From positions 96,001 to 160,000 of the forward strand of contig CAWFGE010000017.1 of NCBI GenBank assembly GCA_963815195.1: DNA of 64,000 nucleotides, in the 5' to 3' direction. The translations under genes and the position numbers were made by a program. Positions 20,722 through 31,421 of the stretch are shown one piece after another (positions within the stretch are counted from its first letter, which is position 1; every line of letters starts with the position of its first letter). The notes under the pieces were generated by a model. That model saw only the letters and a list, made by a program, of their open reading frames with translations. It was not told where the DNA came from and ran no database searches. Source of the stretch: an uncultured Planctomycetaceae bacterium (lineage in GTDB: Bacteria > Planctomycetota > Planctomycetia > Planctomycetales > Planctomycetaceae).

Positions 20722-20986
20722 GCGATCCTCATACCCTTGCTGAAGGCAGCACGATGTGCGTCGAGAAAGAGATATTGTAGTCAGTCGGGCGGGCACTGCC
20801 CATCTTACTTAAACTTCCCTTCAAGGATTTCTCGGGAGGCTGGGCTTTGTGGATGGGGTCGATACGAGGCAAAGCCGCCCTGACTGCCCGGCCAAATTGG
20901 CTTTCCGATCTCAGTCGTTCCAAGTGACGGAAAAAGGGCCGAAGGTCCGGCTCGCGCCAAAGGCAAGATGACACCGGACCAGTTTC

Positions 20987-22375
20987 TCATTCGCCGAGCG
21001 TGGATTTGCGGCGGAGCAGATGATGGTAGTGCTGGGCGAAGCGGTGGGCTTCGTCGCGGACATATTGTAAAAGCCTGAGCCCGAACGAATGCCGGCTGAG
21101 GCGGATCGGCTCTTCCTCGCCCGGCACGTAAACCTCTTCCTCACGCTTGGCGAGGGAAATCGTAAACGGCGGGTTTTCGATGCCGAGGATCCGCATGGCT
21201 TCGAGAGCCGCGCTCAATTGGCCTTTGCCGCCGTCGATCAAAAGCACGTCGGGGAAAGGCTGGCCGTCGTGCTCCAATCTGCGCAGCCGCCTGCTGACGA
21301 CTTCCCGCATCGAAGCAAAATCGTCCACGCCTTCGACGGTGCGGATTTGATACCGGCGATAGCCATGCTTGAACGGCAGCCCATCGATGAATTGCACCAG
21401 GCTCGCCACGGTTTCGCCGCCCTGCAGATGGGCGATGTCCATGCCTTCGATCACGCGGGGGACCTCGGGCAGCTTGAAAACTTTCTTGAGGCCCGCCAAA
21501 CCTTTTTTGGGATCGACGTAAAACGCCTCCGGCTGGGCGTGGTCTTCCAAGTTGCCGCGGAGGTTCAGACTTTCCAAAAGGGCGATCTCGTCGCGGATGC
21601 GGGCGGCTTTTTCGAATTTCCGTTCCGCCGACGCCTCCTGCATCTCGGCCCGCATCTCGCGGAGGAGCTTGTCCTTCTTCCCGTCCAAAAACATCCGCAG
21701 GCGTTTGATGTCCTTCTTGTAGTCTTCCTTGCTGATCCGCAGATTGCACGGGGCGGTGCACTGGTTGATGCTCGCGAGCAGACACGGACGAAACCACCGC
21801 CAGCGCTCGTCGCCTTCGTCGATGTCCAGCGAGCAATTGCGGAACCGGAAAATCTTTTGGAGGATCGCGATCGTGCCGCGGAGTTTTTTCGCGCTCGTGA
21901 ACGGCCCGTAAAGTTTGACGCCTTTCTGAAGTGGCGTGCGGGTGAACTCCACGCGCGGAAAGTCCTCCCCCGTGCGGATTTGCAAGTAGGGGAAGGTCTT
22001 GTCGTCTTTGAGTTCCTGATTGAACCGCGGCTGGATGTCTTTGACGAGCCGGGCTTCCAACAGGAGAGCATCGACTTCGCTGTCGGTGTCGATGTGGTCG
22101 ATGTGATGGATTTCCCGAACCAGATCCGCCGTCCGCCGGTCTTCCGCCGCCTGTTGCGAAAAGTAACTCGACACCCGGCTGCGGAGGTTCACCGCCTTGC
22201 CGATATAAATCACCCGGTCGAGCGCGTCTTTCATCAGATACACGCCAGGCGTCGTGGGAAGCTGCTTCGCTTGCTCCGCCGGCGTCAGCGGTCCGGCGGC
22301 GCGGGCTGCACCTTCGGCCGCGCTGTGAGCCTGTTCTCCTCCATCCGTGATCGTTTCGGAGGAATCATCCGCCAT
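20987..22375 (-). CDS. uvrC: Excinuclease ABC subunit C, short form
   Basis: GIY-YIG (PGVYLM...IYIGKA), UVR coil (FEKAARIRD), RNase H-like (IEGMDIAH, DDFASM, LIDGGKGQ, VRDEAHRFA). Confidence 0.92.
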   Translation of the reverse strand: MADDSSETITDGGEQAHSAAEGAARAAGPLTPAEQAKQLPTTPGVYLMKDALDRVIYIGKAVNLRSRVSSYFSQQAAEDRRTADLVREIHHIDHIDTDSEVDALLLEARLVKDIQPRFNQELKDDKTFPYLQIRTGEDFPRVEFTRTPLQKGVKLYGPFTSAKKLRGTIAILQKIFRFRNCSLDIDEGDERWRWFRPCLLASINQCTAPCNLRISKEDYKKDIKRLRMFLDGKKDKLLREMRAEMQEASAERKFEKAARIRDEIALLESLNLRGNLEDHAQPEAFYVDPKKGLAGLKKVFKLPEVPRVIEGMDIAHLQGGETVASLVQFIDGLPFKHGYRRYQIRTVEGVDDFASMREVVSRRLRRLEHDGQPFPDVLLIDGGKGQLSAALEAMRILGIENPPFTISLAKREEEVYVPGEEEPIRLSRHSFGLRLLQYVRDEAHRFAQHYHHLLRRKSTLGE

Positions 22376-22544
22376 GATGCGACCTCAAGCCGTTCACCTG
22401 TTGCATGCAAAAACTCTTCATCAGTTCATTCTAGGCGGCAGGCTTGGGGAAATCATCCCCCCTTGGAGTTTCGCGGACCGCATCGCAGCCGAATCGCGGG
22501 AGCCATGCCGCTGGTTTCAAACCAACCAGCCCGGCCATTTGGAA

Positions 22545-22847
22545 ATGGACGGGCACCGCGTCTCGGTGGCCTTCGATGGGAAGTCGGGGCTGGAATGCGT
22601 TCTCAGGGAACAGCCGGATCTTGCCATCATGGACATCGGGATTCCCGAACTCAACGGCGACGAAGTCGCCAAGCAAGTGCGAAAGCACGACGCCGGCAAA
22701 GACATTTTCCTGGTGGCTCTCACCGGATACGGCCAACCGGCCGACGTGACGCGAGCCAAGGAATCCGGGTTCAACGCCCATCTGGTCAAACCCTTGGACC
22801 TCACGCGGCTCCGCGAACTGCTTTCAAAGCCGCAAGCGAATCTTTGA
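22545..22847 (+). pseudogene. Partial receiver (REC) domain resembling a hybrid-kinase C-terminus
   Basis: PDLAIMDIGIPELNG, LVALTGYG, GFNAHLVKP; first strand with the acidic pair is missing. Confidence 0.65.
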
Positions 22848-22884
22848 GAAAGCCGGCGTGCCCGCGAATCCCGGCAACCGACTT

Positions 22885-23313
22885 TCACGAACCCGCGGGC
22901 TTCCCAGAACCGCGTTGGAATTGCGGGAGCACTTCCGCGAGGCGTTGGACCTGGCCTTCGTTGTTGACGCAGGCGAGGACGGTGCGGCCTTGGGCCAACA
23001 CTTCGCCGTCGCGGAGGACGGTGTGCTCGAATTCGATCTTGGCCGGCGACTGTTTGCCGACGGCCGTGCGGATGGTCAACAGGTCGTCGAAGCGGGCGGG
23101 GGTTTTGTAATCGCATTCCACGCGGATCACGACGAGGTAGAGGCCGTTTTCCTCCATCTCGCGGTAGCTGCCGCCTTGGGCGCGGAGCAGTTCCGTGCGG
23201 CCCAGCTCGAACAGGTCGATGTGGTTTCCATGATGCAAATAGCCCATCGCATCGGTTTCGCTGTACCGGACCCGGACCGTGATGTCGTGGCTTTGGGGAA
23301 GCTCGGCGGACAT
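22885..23313 (-). CDS. Acyl-CoA thioesterase, YbgC/4HBT family
   Basis: VRVRYSETDAMG, FELGRTE, YKTPARFDD. Confidence 0.93.
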   Translation of the reverse strand: MSAELPQSHDITVRVRYSETDAMGYLHHGNHIDLFELGRTELLRAQGGSYREMEENGLYLVVIRVECDYKTPARFDDLLTIRTAVGKQSPAKIEFEHTVLRDGEVLAQGRTVLACVNNEGQVQRLAEVLPQFQRGSGKPAGS

Positions 23314-23353
23314 GTTTCTGTGATCTCCTTAAACGGGAAGCTCCTATGGTTTG

Positions 23354-23484
23354 AACCGCGGACCACGCGGATTTTCGCGGATGTCCAAGGGAACCGCCAT
23401 TCAAATTGGCTTCACAATTATTTTGCTGGAAAACGAGGCGGAAACCGCTTCGTTTTATTCGCGGCCTCCGCGAAATCCGCGGTT
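23354..23484. repeat. Intergenic CGCGGA-motif inverted repeat
   Basis: AACCGCGGACCACGCGGATTTTCGCGGAT ... ATTCGCGGCCTCCGCGAAATCCGCGGTT. Confidence 0.6.
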
Positions 23485-23797
23485 TGGTTCAGTCTTCGCC
23501 GGACTGCCCACAACGGGGGTGGACCTGGATTTTGGACGAGGACCGGTTCGGCATGATTGAAACCCGACCCCACAGCGCCTACTCTGTAGGGAATGTGGAT
23601 TGGTTACCTTATGAAATTCAAACACCAATGCGGGAACCCAAACTCGACCCAAGCCCCCGGCTTGCCGGGCGGTCCGACGCCAGAGGCGTCGGCTTGGGCT
23701 GAGAAACCCGTTCAATATTTGTGAAATGGACCACATAGACGGTCGCGATTTCGCGCGAAAATGTCAATTTCCACGGCCCCATTCGGGAGAGAGTGAC

Positions 23798-25045
23798 GTG
23801 CGATTGTTTTCGATTTCCCGCTCGGCGAAGCTGCTCGTTCCGCTCCTGGTGCTTTTGCTGGCTGCGTCGGAGGGGCGGGCCTGCTCTGTGCCGGTGTTCC
23901 GGTATGCTTTGGAGCAATGGCGGTCGGATCCCTATCAGGTGCTGTTCTTCCACCGGGGGGCTTTGTCGCCCGAAGATCAAGCCCTCTTGGATCGCTTGAG
24001 CCCCGCCGGCAAAGCGGGCGAGATCTCGGCGAACGTCACCGTGATCCCCATTGACTTGGACGCCCTCAGCCCGACCGATCCGCAGGGCAAGGAAGACCTG
24101 GCGTTGTGGAAGTCGCAGAATACCGAGACGCTGCCTTGGCTGGTGATGCGGTATCCGTTGTCGATCCGCATCGCCAAGACCATCTGGGCCGGCGAAGCGA
24201 CGGAGGAAGCGATCGACCGTTTGCTCGATTCCCCCAAGCGGCGGGAAATCGCCCGGCGGATTTTGAAAGGCGACACGGCGGTGTGGATGCTCTTGGAAAG
24301 CGGAAACGAAGAAGCCGATGCCGCGGCTTATCTTACGCTCGAAAACGAACTGAAGTTCGCCGAGAAGAGTTTGCAGCTTCCGGCGGCCGACCCCAAGGAC
24401 GTGGCGGATGGATTGATCAGCGTCGATCAGGCCGCCCTCAAAATCCGGTTTTCGATTTTGAAAGTCTCGAAAAAAGACCCGCAGGAAGCCCGGTTCGTGG
24501 AGATGCTTCTGGACAGCGAACCGGAACTTCCCGACCTGCCGAGTTTGCGGAGCGAAATCGACAAGGGGAAGCCGATCGCGTTTCCCATCTTCGGCCGCGG
24601 GCGGGCGCTCTATGCTTTGGTGGGCGAGGGCATCGCCAAGGGTGAGATTTCGGCGGCGTGCGAAAGCCTGACCGGGCCCTGCACCTGCCAGATCAAGCAG
24701 CGAAACCCCGGCACGGATTTGCTCTTGGCGGCGGATTGGGAGCATCTGGTGACGTCGAAAACTCCCGTCGATGAATCTCTGCCGCCGCTCCCGGTGTTCG
24801 CCCCGGTGTCGGCAAGCGTGACGAAAGACCTGCCCTCCAAAACGAAACCCGATTCCGAAAAAACTCAAACGGAAACCAACGAAGGCAAACCGACGCCCGC
24901 AGAAAAACCTATCTCGGCCACGAGCAAGGCGGCCGAGGAAACACCGCAAGAAGTCGGGTCGCGAGTGGTGATCACCACGGTGCTTTCGTTGTTGGTGGCG
25001 GCGATGGGCATCGGCGTCGCGAGCTTTTTCTTTATGAAATCCTGA
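23798..25045 (+). CDS. Exported hypothetical protein with C-terminal membrane anchor
   Basis: Signal peptide then CSVPVFRYALEQW; FPIFGRGRAL; GPCTCQIK; low-complexity linker; terminal hydrophobic helix. Confidence 0.8.
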   Translation: MRLFSISRSAKLLVPLLVLLLAASEGRACSVPVFRYALEQWRSDPYQVLFFHRGALSPEDQALLDRLSPAGKAGEISANVTVIPIDLDALSPTDPQGKEDLALWKSQNTETLPWLVMRYPLSIRIAKTIWAGEATEEAIDRLLDSPKRREIARRILKGDTAVWMLLESGNEEADAAAYLTLENELKFAEKSLQLPAADPKDVADGLISVDQAALKIRFSILKVSKKDPQEARFVEMLLDSEPELPDLPSLRSEIDKGKPIAFPIFGRGRALYALVGEGIAKGEISAACESLTGPCTCQIKQRNPGTDLLLAADWEHLVTSKTPVDESLPPLPVFAPVSASVTKDLPSKTKPDSEKTQTETNEGKPTPAEKPISATSKAAEETPQEVGSRVVITTVLSLLVAAMGIGVASFFFMKS

Positions 25046-25087
25046 CTTCTCCCCTACAGAATCCTCATAGATAACGAGGCGACTTCC

Positions 25088-26421
25088 ATGAGCATTTGGC
25101 GAATGATTTGGCAAGAAATTGCCCACCGCAAGCTGAATTTCGTGTTGGGGTTGTTCTCCGTGGTCGTGGCGATTGCCACCTTGGCGGGCGTGCTGACCCT
25201 GCTCGACGCCGACAAACTGAAGGCGGACGAAGCCCGCGCGCAGCTCGCCGCCACCGGCAAGGATCTCGACAAGACCAGCGCGGAACTGAAGGAAGCCGGC
25301 GCGAAGCTGGAGGACGAGATGCGGAAGATCATGCTCGGCCTGGGCTTCAATATCTTGATCCTCAGCCAGGATGAAGACCTGCACGCGATGAACCTCACCG
25401 GCGTGCCGCAGAAAACCTTCCACGAGGAAAACGTCGATCGGCTCGTGAACTCGGACCTGCTCATCATCAACCACGTTCTGCCGGTGGTGACGAAGCGGAT
25501 TCCCTGGAAAGAGCAAAACGGTCTCGAAATCCTGCTCACCGGCACGCGCGGCGAAGTGCCGCAGTTGCATCGCAAGATGAAAAAGCCGATGCAGGAGCAA
25601 GTCCCCGCCGGCACGATGATCGTCGGCCATCAGATCGCGGACCATTTGAAGCTGACGAAAGGGCAAAGCGTGAAGCTCATGGGGCGGGATTTCAAAGTCA
25701 CGAAGATTCAAGAGCCCCAAGGCGATGTGCCCGACAGCACGGTGTGGATCAACCTCGAAGAAGCCCAGGACATGCTGGGCATGCAGAACGAAGTCTCCGC
25801 GATCATGGCGCTCGAATGCAATTGCGCCTCGGCGGACCGCGCGGGGAAATCCGCGATGCGGTCGCCAAGGTGTTGCCAGGGACGCAGGTCGTCGAACGCG
25901 GCAGCCAGGCCCTCGCGCGGGCCGCCGCCCGCAATCAGGCCAAAGCCACCGCCGAGAAAAACAAGGAAGCCGCAAAGAAGAACAAAGAAGCCGCCGAGGA
26001 AAACGAGCAAGCGGCGATCGGGAAACTGCAGCAGCACGAAGACCTCGCCGCGGTGTTGACGCCTTTGGTGTTCGTGGCGTGCGGCGTGTGGATCGGGGTC
26101 TTGTCGCTCGCCAACGTTCGGCAGCGGGCCGAGGAAATCGGCATCTTAAGGGCCATCGGCTGGCGGTCCGGCCAGATCATGGGTCTGTTCTTAGGGAAAG
26201 CCATGATCCTGGGTTTGATCGGAGCCGTGTTGGGCTACGGTGCGGGACTGGCGATCACGGCCGCCTTCAGTGGGGGAGCGTGGGATCCCTCCCAACTGTT
26301 TAACTCCGGGCTGCTCGTGAGTGCGCTCTTGCTGGCCCCCGTGCTGTCGGCCATCGCCAGTTGGCTTCCCGCCCTCACCGCCGCCCGCAACGATCCCGCG
26401 GTGATCCTGCAAGGCAATTAG
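25088..26421 (+). CDS. FtsX/MacB-like ABC permease (frameshift near 25845)
   Basis: N-terminal TM helix, large periplasmic part, RQRAEEIGILRAIGW, LPALTAARNDPAVIL. Confidence 0.88.
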
Positions 26422-26447
26422 GGATTATTATAGGAGCGGTTTGATTC

Positions 26448-27156
26448 ATGCTGTTGGAAATTGAGAATCTTGTAAAAACGTATCGAACTGGTTCGCAGAC
26501 GGTGCGGGCGGTGGATGGGGTTTCGCTGAATGTGGACGGGGGCGAATTTGTCGCGGTGCAGGGGCCGAGCGGGTGCGGAAAGACCACGCTGCTCCTGGTG
26601 GCCGGAGGCGCTGTTGGCTCCCGATTCGGGGACGGTCCGCATTGGAGGCGAGAATCCCTACGAACTCCCCGCCGACCGCCGGGCCCGGTTCCGCGCGAAG
26701 CACGTGGGGTTCGTGTTTCAGCAGTTTCACCTCGTGCCCTATTTGAACGTCTTGGACAATGTGCTGGCCCCGTCGCTGGCGGCGGACGCGTCAACGCCCC
26801 AAGACTCCGCGCTTCGCGAACGAGCGGAGGAACTGATCGCGGAGTTTGGCTTGGAATCTCGCAAGCATCACGTCCCCGGCCAATTGAGCACCGGCGAACG
26901 CCAGCGCACGGCCCTCGCACGGGCGCTGCTCAACGGGCCGGCATTGTTGCTCGCGGATGAGCCGACCGGCAATCTCGACCAGGAGAACGCGGCCCTCGTG
27001 CTCGGGCATTTCTCGCGGTTCGCCGAGAACGGCGGAGCCGTGCTGATGGTCACCCACGATCCCGAAGCCGCCAAGACCGCCCACCGCGTGGAAACTATCC
27101 GCGACGGCAAATTGGTCTCGGCTCGGGCGGAAGAACTCGCGAGCCCCGCGGGTTAG
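26448..27156 (+). CDS. LolD-like ABC ATP-binding protein (frameshift near 26609)
   Basis: GPSGCGKTT, GFVFQQFHL, LSTGERQR, LLADEPTGNLD, VTHD. Confidence 0.92.
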
Positions 27157-28508
27157 GCCGCGTTCCGCCGGGTTGGCTTCGGGAAATCTCGCACGGGCAG
27201 GATCATGGCTTCCGGTTCGGCTTGTCGCTCCTGCCGATGGCTCCGGAGCACGAGCCACAGCACCGCTGCCACGCACCAGGTGGTCATGTAATAGCTGTCG
27301 AGAAGATACGTCGCCTGCTTGCCGATCAATCCGCGATTGAAAAGCAGAATGAACAGCGAAAACATCCCGAGCACTGCCAGGCTCGACCGCGAACAACGCC
27401 GGTGATAAAACGCCTCGCGAATCAAAAAATACACCGCCGGGATCACACCCACGCAGTGCTGTCCCCAAGTCAATGGCGAAAGCAACAAGATCAGCACCGA
27501 AACTGCGGCGGCTTCCCAAAGGAAAACCGTCTCCGTTCGCGACCGGACCGGCCGGCGAAATTGCCAGGCGATCGAAAACACCAGGACCGCAAGCACCACC
27601 CGCACCACCCACCCCGCCGTGTGCGGGGAAAGGTTTAAGAACTCGAAGGCCCAGGGATGCTCGAAGCGGGCGTTGTGGCCCTCGGGCAGATGCACGAGGA
27701 ATCGCCCCAGTGCGGGGCGGAGCGAGACGTTCTGGATGGATTCCTGTCCGAGCACGCCCACGACCGGGTTCTCCGCGAGCAATCCCCGCGACGCATGATG
27801 CCACCACACGCGGTGCACATCAATAAAATCCGCGCGGTCGATGAATAGCAGCGGCGATAAAAACAGAACAGCCGCGGTCAGCAGGGTGGCAGAGGCGATC
27901 TTCCATTGCCGCTTCCACACGAACCACGCCAGAAACAGGGCGGGCGTGAGTTTGAGCGCAATCGCCAGCCCCAACAGGCCGCCGCCCGTCACATCCCGCC
28001 GCTGCCGCCAGCACCAGACGGCTCCCCACGCCAAAGCGACGAGTGCCAGATTCACGCCGCATTCGAGAATGTCGCGGACCAAAAATCGGCTCGCCAAAAA
28101 GATGGTCAGGACCGCGCCCCAGAATACAAAGCGGTCCGGGACGGGCCAGGCTCGTTCGCAGACCCGCCCGAGCACGCGAAACAACCCAAACGCGGCCAAA
28201 ACAAATACCGGCAGAATGCAGATCTGGGCGGTGTGCATCGGCAAGTAGGACAAGGGCGCATGGGCCACCGCCCAGAACGGCAAGTAAGGCAGATCGAGGC
28301 CGTTTTTGTCATACGGGTACATGCCCGCGGCGACGCGCCGGCCGAACCGCCAATGCAGATGGAAATCGCCCCGGGGCTCCGCGACGACTCGGCTCATTTG
28401 GAGCAAAGCCACGAGGCCGATGAGACCCACCGCGACGCGACGCCATTCGCGTTCCGAATATCGGCCGAGGACGTTCCGCAATCGAGTCCACATCATCATC
28501 CTGGCCAC
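27153..28508 (-). CDS. Glycosyltransferase family 87 (GT-C) membrane protein
   Basis: GDF, PYLPF, GLAIALKLTP, LLSPLTWGQH; many TM helices. Confidence 0.82.
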   Translation of the reverse strand: MARMMMWTRLRNVLGRYSEREWRRVAVGLIGLVALLQMSRVVAEPRGDFHLHWRFGRRVAAGMYPYDKNGLDLPYLPFWAVAHAPLSYLPMHTAQICILPVFVLAAFGLFRVLGRVCERAWPVPDRFVFWGAVLTIFLASRFLVRDILECGVNLALVALAWGAVWCWRQRRDVTGGGLLGLAIALKLTPALFLAWFVWKRQWKIASATLLTAAVLFLSPLLFIDRADFIDVHRVWWHHASRGLLAENPVVGVLGQESIQNVSLRPALGRFLVHLPEGHNARFEHPWAFEFLNLSPHTAGWVVRVVLAVLVFSIAWQFRRPVRSRTETVFLWEAAAVSVLILLLSPLTWGQHCVGVIPAVYFLIREAFYHRRCSRSSLAVLGMFSLFILLFNRGLIGKQATYLLDSYYMTTWCVAAVLWLVLRSHRQERQAEPEAMILPVRDFPKPTRRNAA

Positions 28509-28612
28509 GCGATCTGTAGAGGGTCTCCCGCAAAAAGCCGCGGAACCATACTGGGCGGGGCGAATTCTGTCAAGAAGAGGCGGGCGACGAAATTCCTAGA
28601 AAACTGCCGCTG

Positions 28613-30472
28613 CTACGGCGATGGCTTGTCTCGGCGCACGGTCAGCACGAGACAGGACGGATGCCCGGCGTCGTGGTAAATCGTGTTGAGCGTTTTCTGC
28701 AAATGCGTGTGCCGGCCCAAGTCTTCGCCCGTGTTGGGGTTCACGTCGTACATCGGAAAGTTGCTGCTGGAAAGATCGAGGCGGATGCGGTGCCCTTTGC
28801 GGAAGACGTTCGCCGTCGCCCACAGGTCGATTGTGACCGGATAAACTTCGCCGGGTTCCAGGAGATCCTGATGGTCCCGGCCGTTTCGAAACCGCATCCG
28901 CAGAATGCCGTCTTCGAGATTCATCGCGTAACCCGAGGGAAAATCCGCCGACGGCGGGACCACATCGATCAGCTTCGCCGTGAAGTCGGTGTCCTTGGCT
29001 TCCGAAGACACCCACAGCAAAACGTGGATCGGCCCCGCGACTTCCTGATCGTTTTTTAACGCCGGCGTCTCGAACGTCAGCACATCCTGCCGGGACGAGA
29101 GGGGCAGGATGCTGTCGGCGAAGGGATGCTCCGCGGCCGGGGTCTGGTTTTGTGCGCCGCGGGGAATCAACTTCTTCCCGGAATCGATATTCCCGCCCAA
29201 CGTGGGAACGGGATGCCTCGGATCGAACTCGAAGCGGCTGGGCCCCTCAGATTCCGGCGGTGCCGCGGACAGCGATGCGTCCGCGTGCAGATAAAACTTC
29301 TGTTCGGAGAAGCCGGCGGGCGGCCAGGTCTCGGCGGTCAGCCAGCGGCCGCCTCGTTGCAGCCGGCCGTCTTTGTTTTTTCCGCTGCCGCCGCCCATCA
29401 GAAAATACTTCACCGGCGGCTCCTTCAAGATGCCCCGGTCCTCGCCTTTGAGGAACTGATCGAACCAGCGGAGCGCTTCGTCCTGCACAGAAACCTCGGC
29501 GGCCGGGCCGAAGTCCACGTCCCCGGCATAGGTCAAACCGGACGTGTGCGTCCACGGCCCCATGATGAGTTTTGTGTAGGCCTTCCGTTGAGACAGCCCC
29601 GCAAAGTTCCGCAGCGTGCCCCGCTTGAAGATGTCGTACCAGCCGCCCAAGAAGCAGATCGGAATCTCCGGATAGTCCGCGTGGCACTCCTCGAAGTTGT
29701 AGCCGTTCTGCTTCCAGTATTCATCAGAGTCGGGATGGGCCCGCCAATCGGCGTACCACTCTTGATAGGTGGGCGTAAAGCGGAGCGGCGACGTGCGCTT
29801 CAGCGGTGCCGCCTTCAGCCACGCGGCGAGTTGATTGTCCGCCGTTTCGAGCGAGGTCTTTGTGACGGGGTTCTGTTCCGACTCGTGCCCCGTGGATGCG
29901 AGCCAAAAACAGTAGGCCATATTATGTAAGAGCGCAAATGCCCCGCCGCGGCCGGCCCCGTCTTCGATGTAATTCGACGTGCCGTTGATGACGAACATCG
30001 TCGTGAGGTGCGGCGGGTGCAACACGGCGATCGCGTTCTGCGTCGCGGCTTGGTACGAGCTGCCCCACGTGCCGACCTTCCCGTTGCACCAGGGCTGCTT
30101 CGCGATCCACTCCACGGCGTCGTAGCCGTCGGGTCCTTCGTTGGTGTAGATGTAAAAATCGTCCTCGGACTTGAACCGCCCCCGCACATCCTGAGCGACG
30201 AACACATAACCATGCGAGGAGAAGAAGTTCCCGTCGGCCTCTTTGCCATCTTTGTCGTAAGGCGTGCGGATCAAAATCACCGGCCGCGGCTCCGAAACCG
30301 CTTCGCCGTTTTGAACCGGGCGATAAATGTCCGTCGCCAACTTCACCCCGTCCCGCATGGGCACCATCTGATTCTTGGCGACCACCACCTGCGGCGGCTC
30401 CGCGGCTTCGGCAACGTCGATGAACAATCCCAGCAGAAGCCCCAACACGCTCACGGCCCGAGAATTCTTCAT
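28613..30472 (-). CDS. CocE/NonD family serine hydrolase
   Basis: MRDGVKLATDIY, RTPY, QDVRGRFKSE, GSSY nucleophile, GGWYD, GPWTH, SSSNFP. Confidence 0.95.
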   Translation of the reverse strand: MKNSRAVSVLGLLLGLFIDVAEAAEPPQVVVAKNQMVPMRDGVKLATDIYRPVQNGEAVSEPRPVILIRTPYDKDGKEADGNFFSSHGYVFVAQDVRGRFKSEDDFYIYTNEGPDGYDAVEWIAKQPWCNGKVGTWGSSYQAATQNAIAVLHPPHLTTMFVINGTSNYIEDGAGRGGAFALLHNMAYCFWLASTGHESEQNPVTKTSLETADNQLAAWLKAAPLKRTSPLRFTPTYQEWYADWRAHPDSDEYWKQNGYNFEECHADYPEIPICFLGGWYDIFKRGTLRNFAGLSQRKAYTKLIMGPWTHTSGLTYAGDVDFGPAAEVSVQDEALRWFDQFLKGEDRGILKEPPVKYFLMGGGSGKNKDGRLQRGGRWLTAETWPPAGFSEQKFYLHADASLSAAPPESEGPSRFEFDPRHPVPTLGGNIDSGKKLIPRGAQNQTPAAEHPFADSILPLSSRQDVLTFETPALKNDQEVAGPIHVLLWVSSEAKDTDFTAKLIDVVPPSADFPSGYAMNLEDGILRMRFRNGRDHQDLLEPGEVYPVTIDLWATANVFRKGHRIRLDLSSSNFPMYDVNPNTGEDLGRHTHLQKTLNTIYHDAGHPSCLVLTVRRDKPSP

Positions 30473-30526
30473 GAGGAGAGCCTTTCCAAGCAATTTCGTT
30501 CGCCGGTGGGGGACGGGGACGCAGAG

Positions 30527-30597
30527 ATGTGAGCGGCACGGCGCTAGCCGCCGGTGGATCGAGCAAAAACCGGCGGCTAACGCCGTGCCGCTCACAT
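30527..30597. repeat. REP-like hairpin, family C
   Basis: ATGTGAGCGGCACGGCGCTAGCCGCCGGT/ACCGGCGGCTAACGCCGTGCCGCTCACAT; degenerate relatives near 7813 and 54152-54247. Confidence 0.8.
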
Positions 30598-30640
30598 TGA
30601 CGGTCAGTTTCGTTCACAAACAACGGCCGTGGTCGGTCGC

Positions 30641-31369
30641 TTACTCCATCTCTTTCAACCGCAGATTTTTGAACTCGACCCACATCGGGTTGCCAGCGTG
30701 GAGTTGGACGGCGAGGATGCCTTCGGCGTTGCCGCGGGGGTCGTTGTCCATGCAGTCCATAATCAGCTTGCCGTTCATGTAATGCTGAATGTGATGCCCC
30801 TTGGCGATAATGACCACATCGTTCCATTCGTCGAGCTTGAACAGCTTTTTGAAACCCTCGGCGTCGATGAGCTTCTCGTCCGCGATCGTCTTTTTGCCGT
30901 CGGCGGACCAGGTGGTTTTGTCGCCCACGAGAGCCATCCGGCCGCGCGAGCCTTTCTCATCATAGATGAAGCCGGACACGCTCGGCAGCTTGACTTCGTT
31001 GCGGATCTCGTGCTGATAGCCTTTGACGACCCATTTGTTCTTGGGGTTGTTCTGGTTGACTTGCTGAGAGCGGTATTGGATGCCGGAGTTGTTGGTGTTG
31101 GTCGAGCGGAAAGACAGGCGGAGTTCGAAATCCTTGAGCTTGCCGTCCTGCCAGATGAGGAACGTGTTGCCGTTGGCTTTGTTGTCCTTGGTGGTTTCGC
31201 CGTGGATCGCGCCGTCTTTGACGGACCACAACCGCGGATCGCCGTCCCAACCGGTGAGGTCTTTGCCATTGAAAATGCTCTTAAATCCCGGCTCGACCTT
31301 GGGCTCCTCGGCGGCGAGGGTGTTCAAAGCCAGAAGTGAAACAGCGAGAAAAGTCAAACAACGAATCAT
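30641..31369 (-). CDS. DUF1080 (3-keto-disaccharide hydrolase-like) exported protein
   Basis: FNGKDLTGW, NSGIQYRS, GYQ, EWN, LAVQLH, FKNL. Confidence 0.93.
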   Translation of the reverse strand: MIRCLTFLAVSLLALNTLAAEEPKVEPGFKSIFNGKDLTGWDGDPRLWSVKDGAIHGETTKDNKANGNTFLIWQDGKLKDFELRLSFRSTNTNNSGIQYRSQQVNQNNPKNKWVVKGYQHEIRNEVKLPSVSGFIYDEKGSRGRMALVGDKTTWSADGKKTIADEKLIDAEGFKKLFKLDEWNDVVIIAKGHHIQHYMNGKLIMDCMDNDPRGNAEGILAVQLHAGNPMWVEFKNLRLKEME

Positions 31370-31421
31370 GAAGAGTCTCCAAATATGTCAGAGGTTAACG
31401 GTACGTTTGTGGTTTTCCAGT

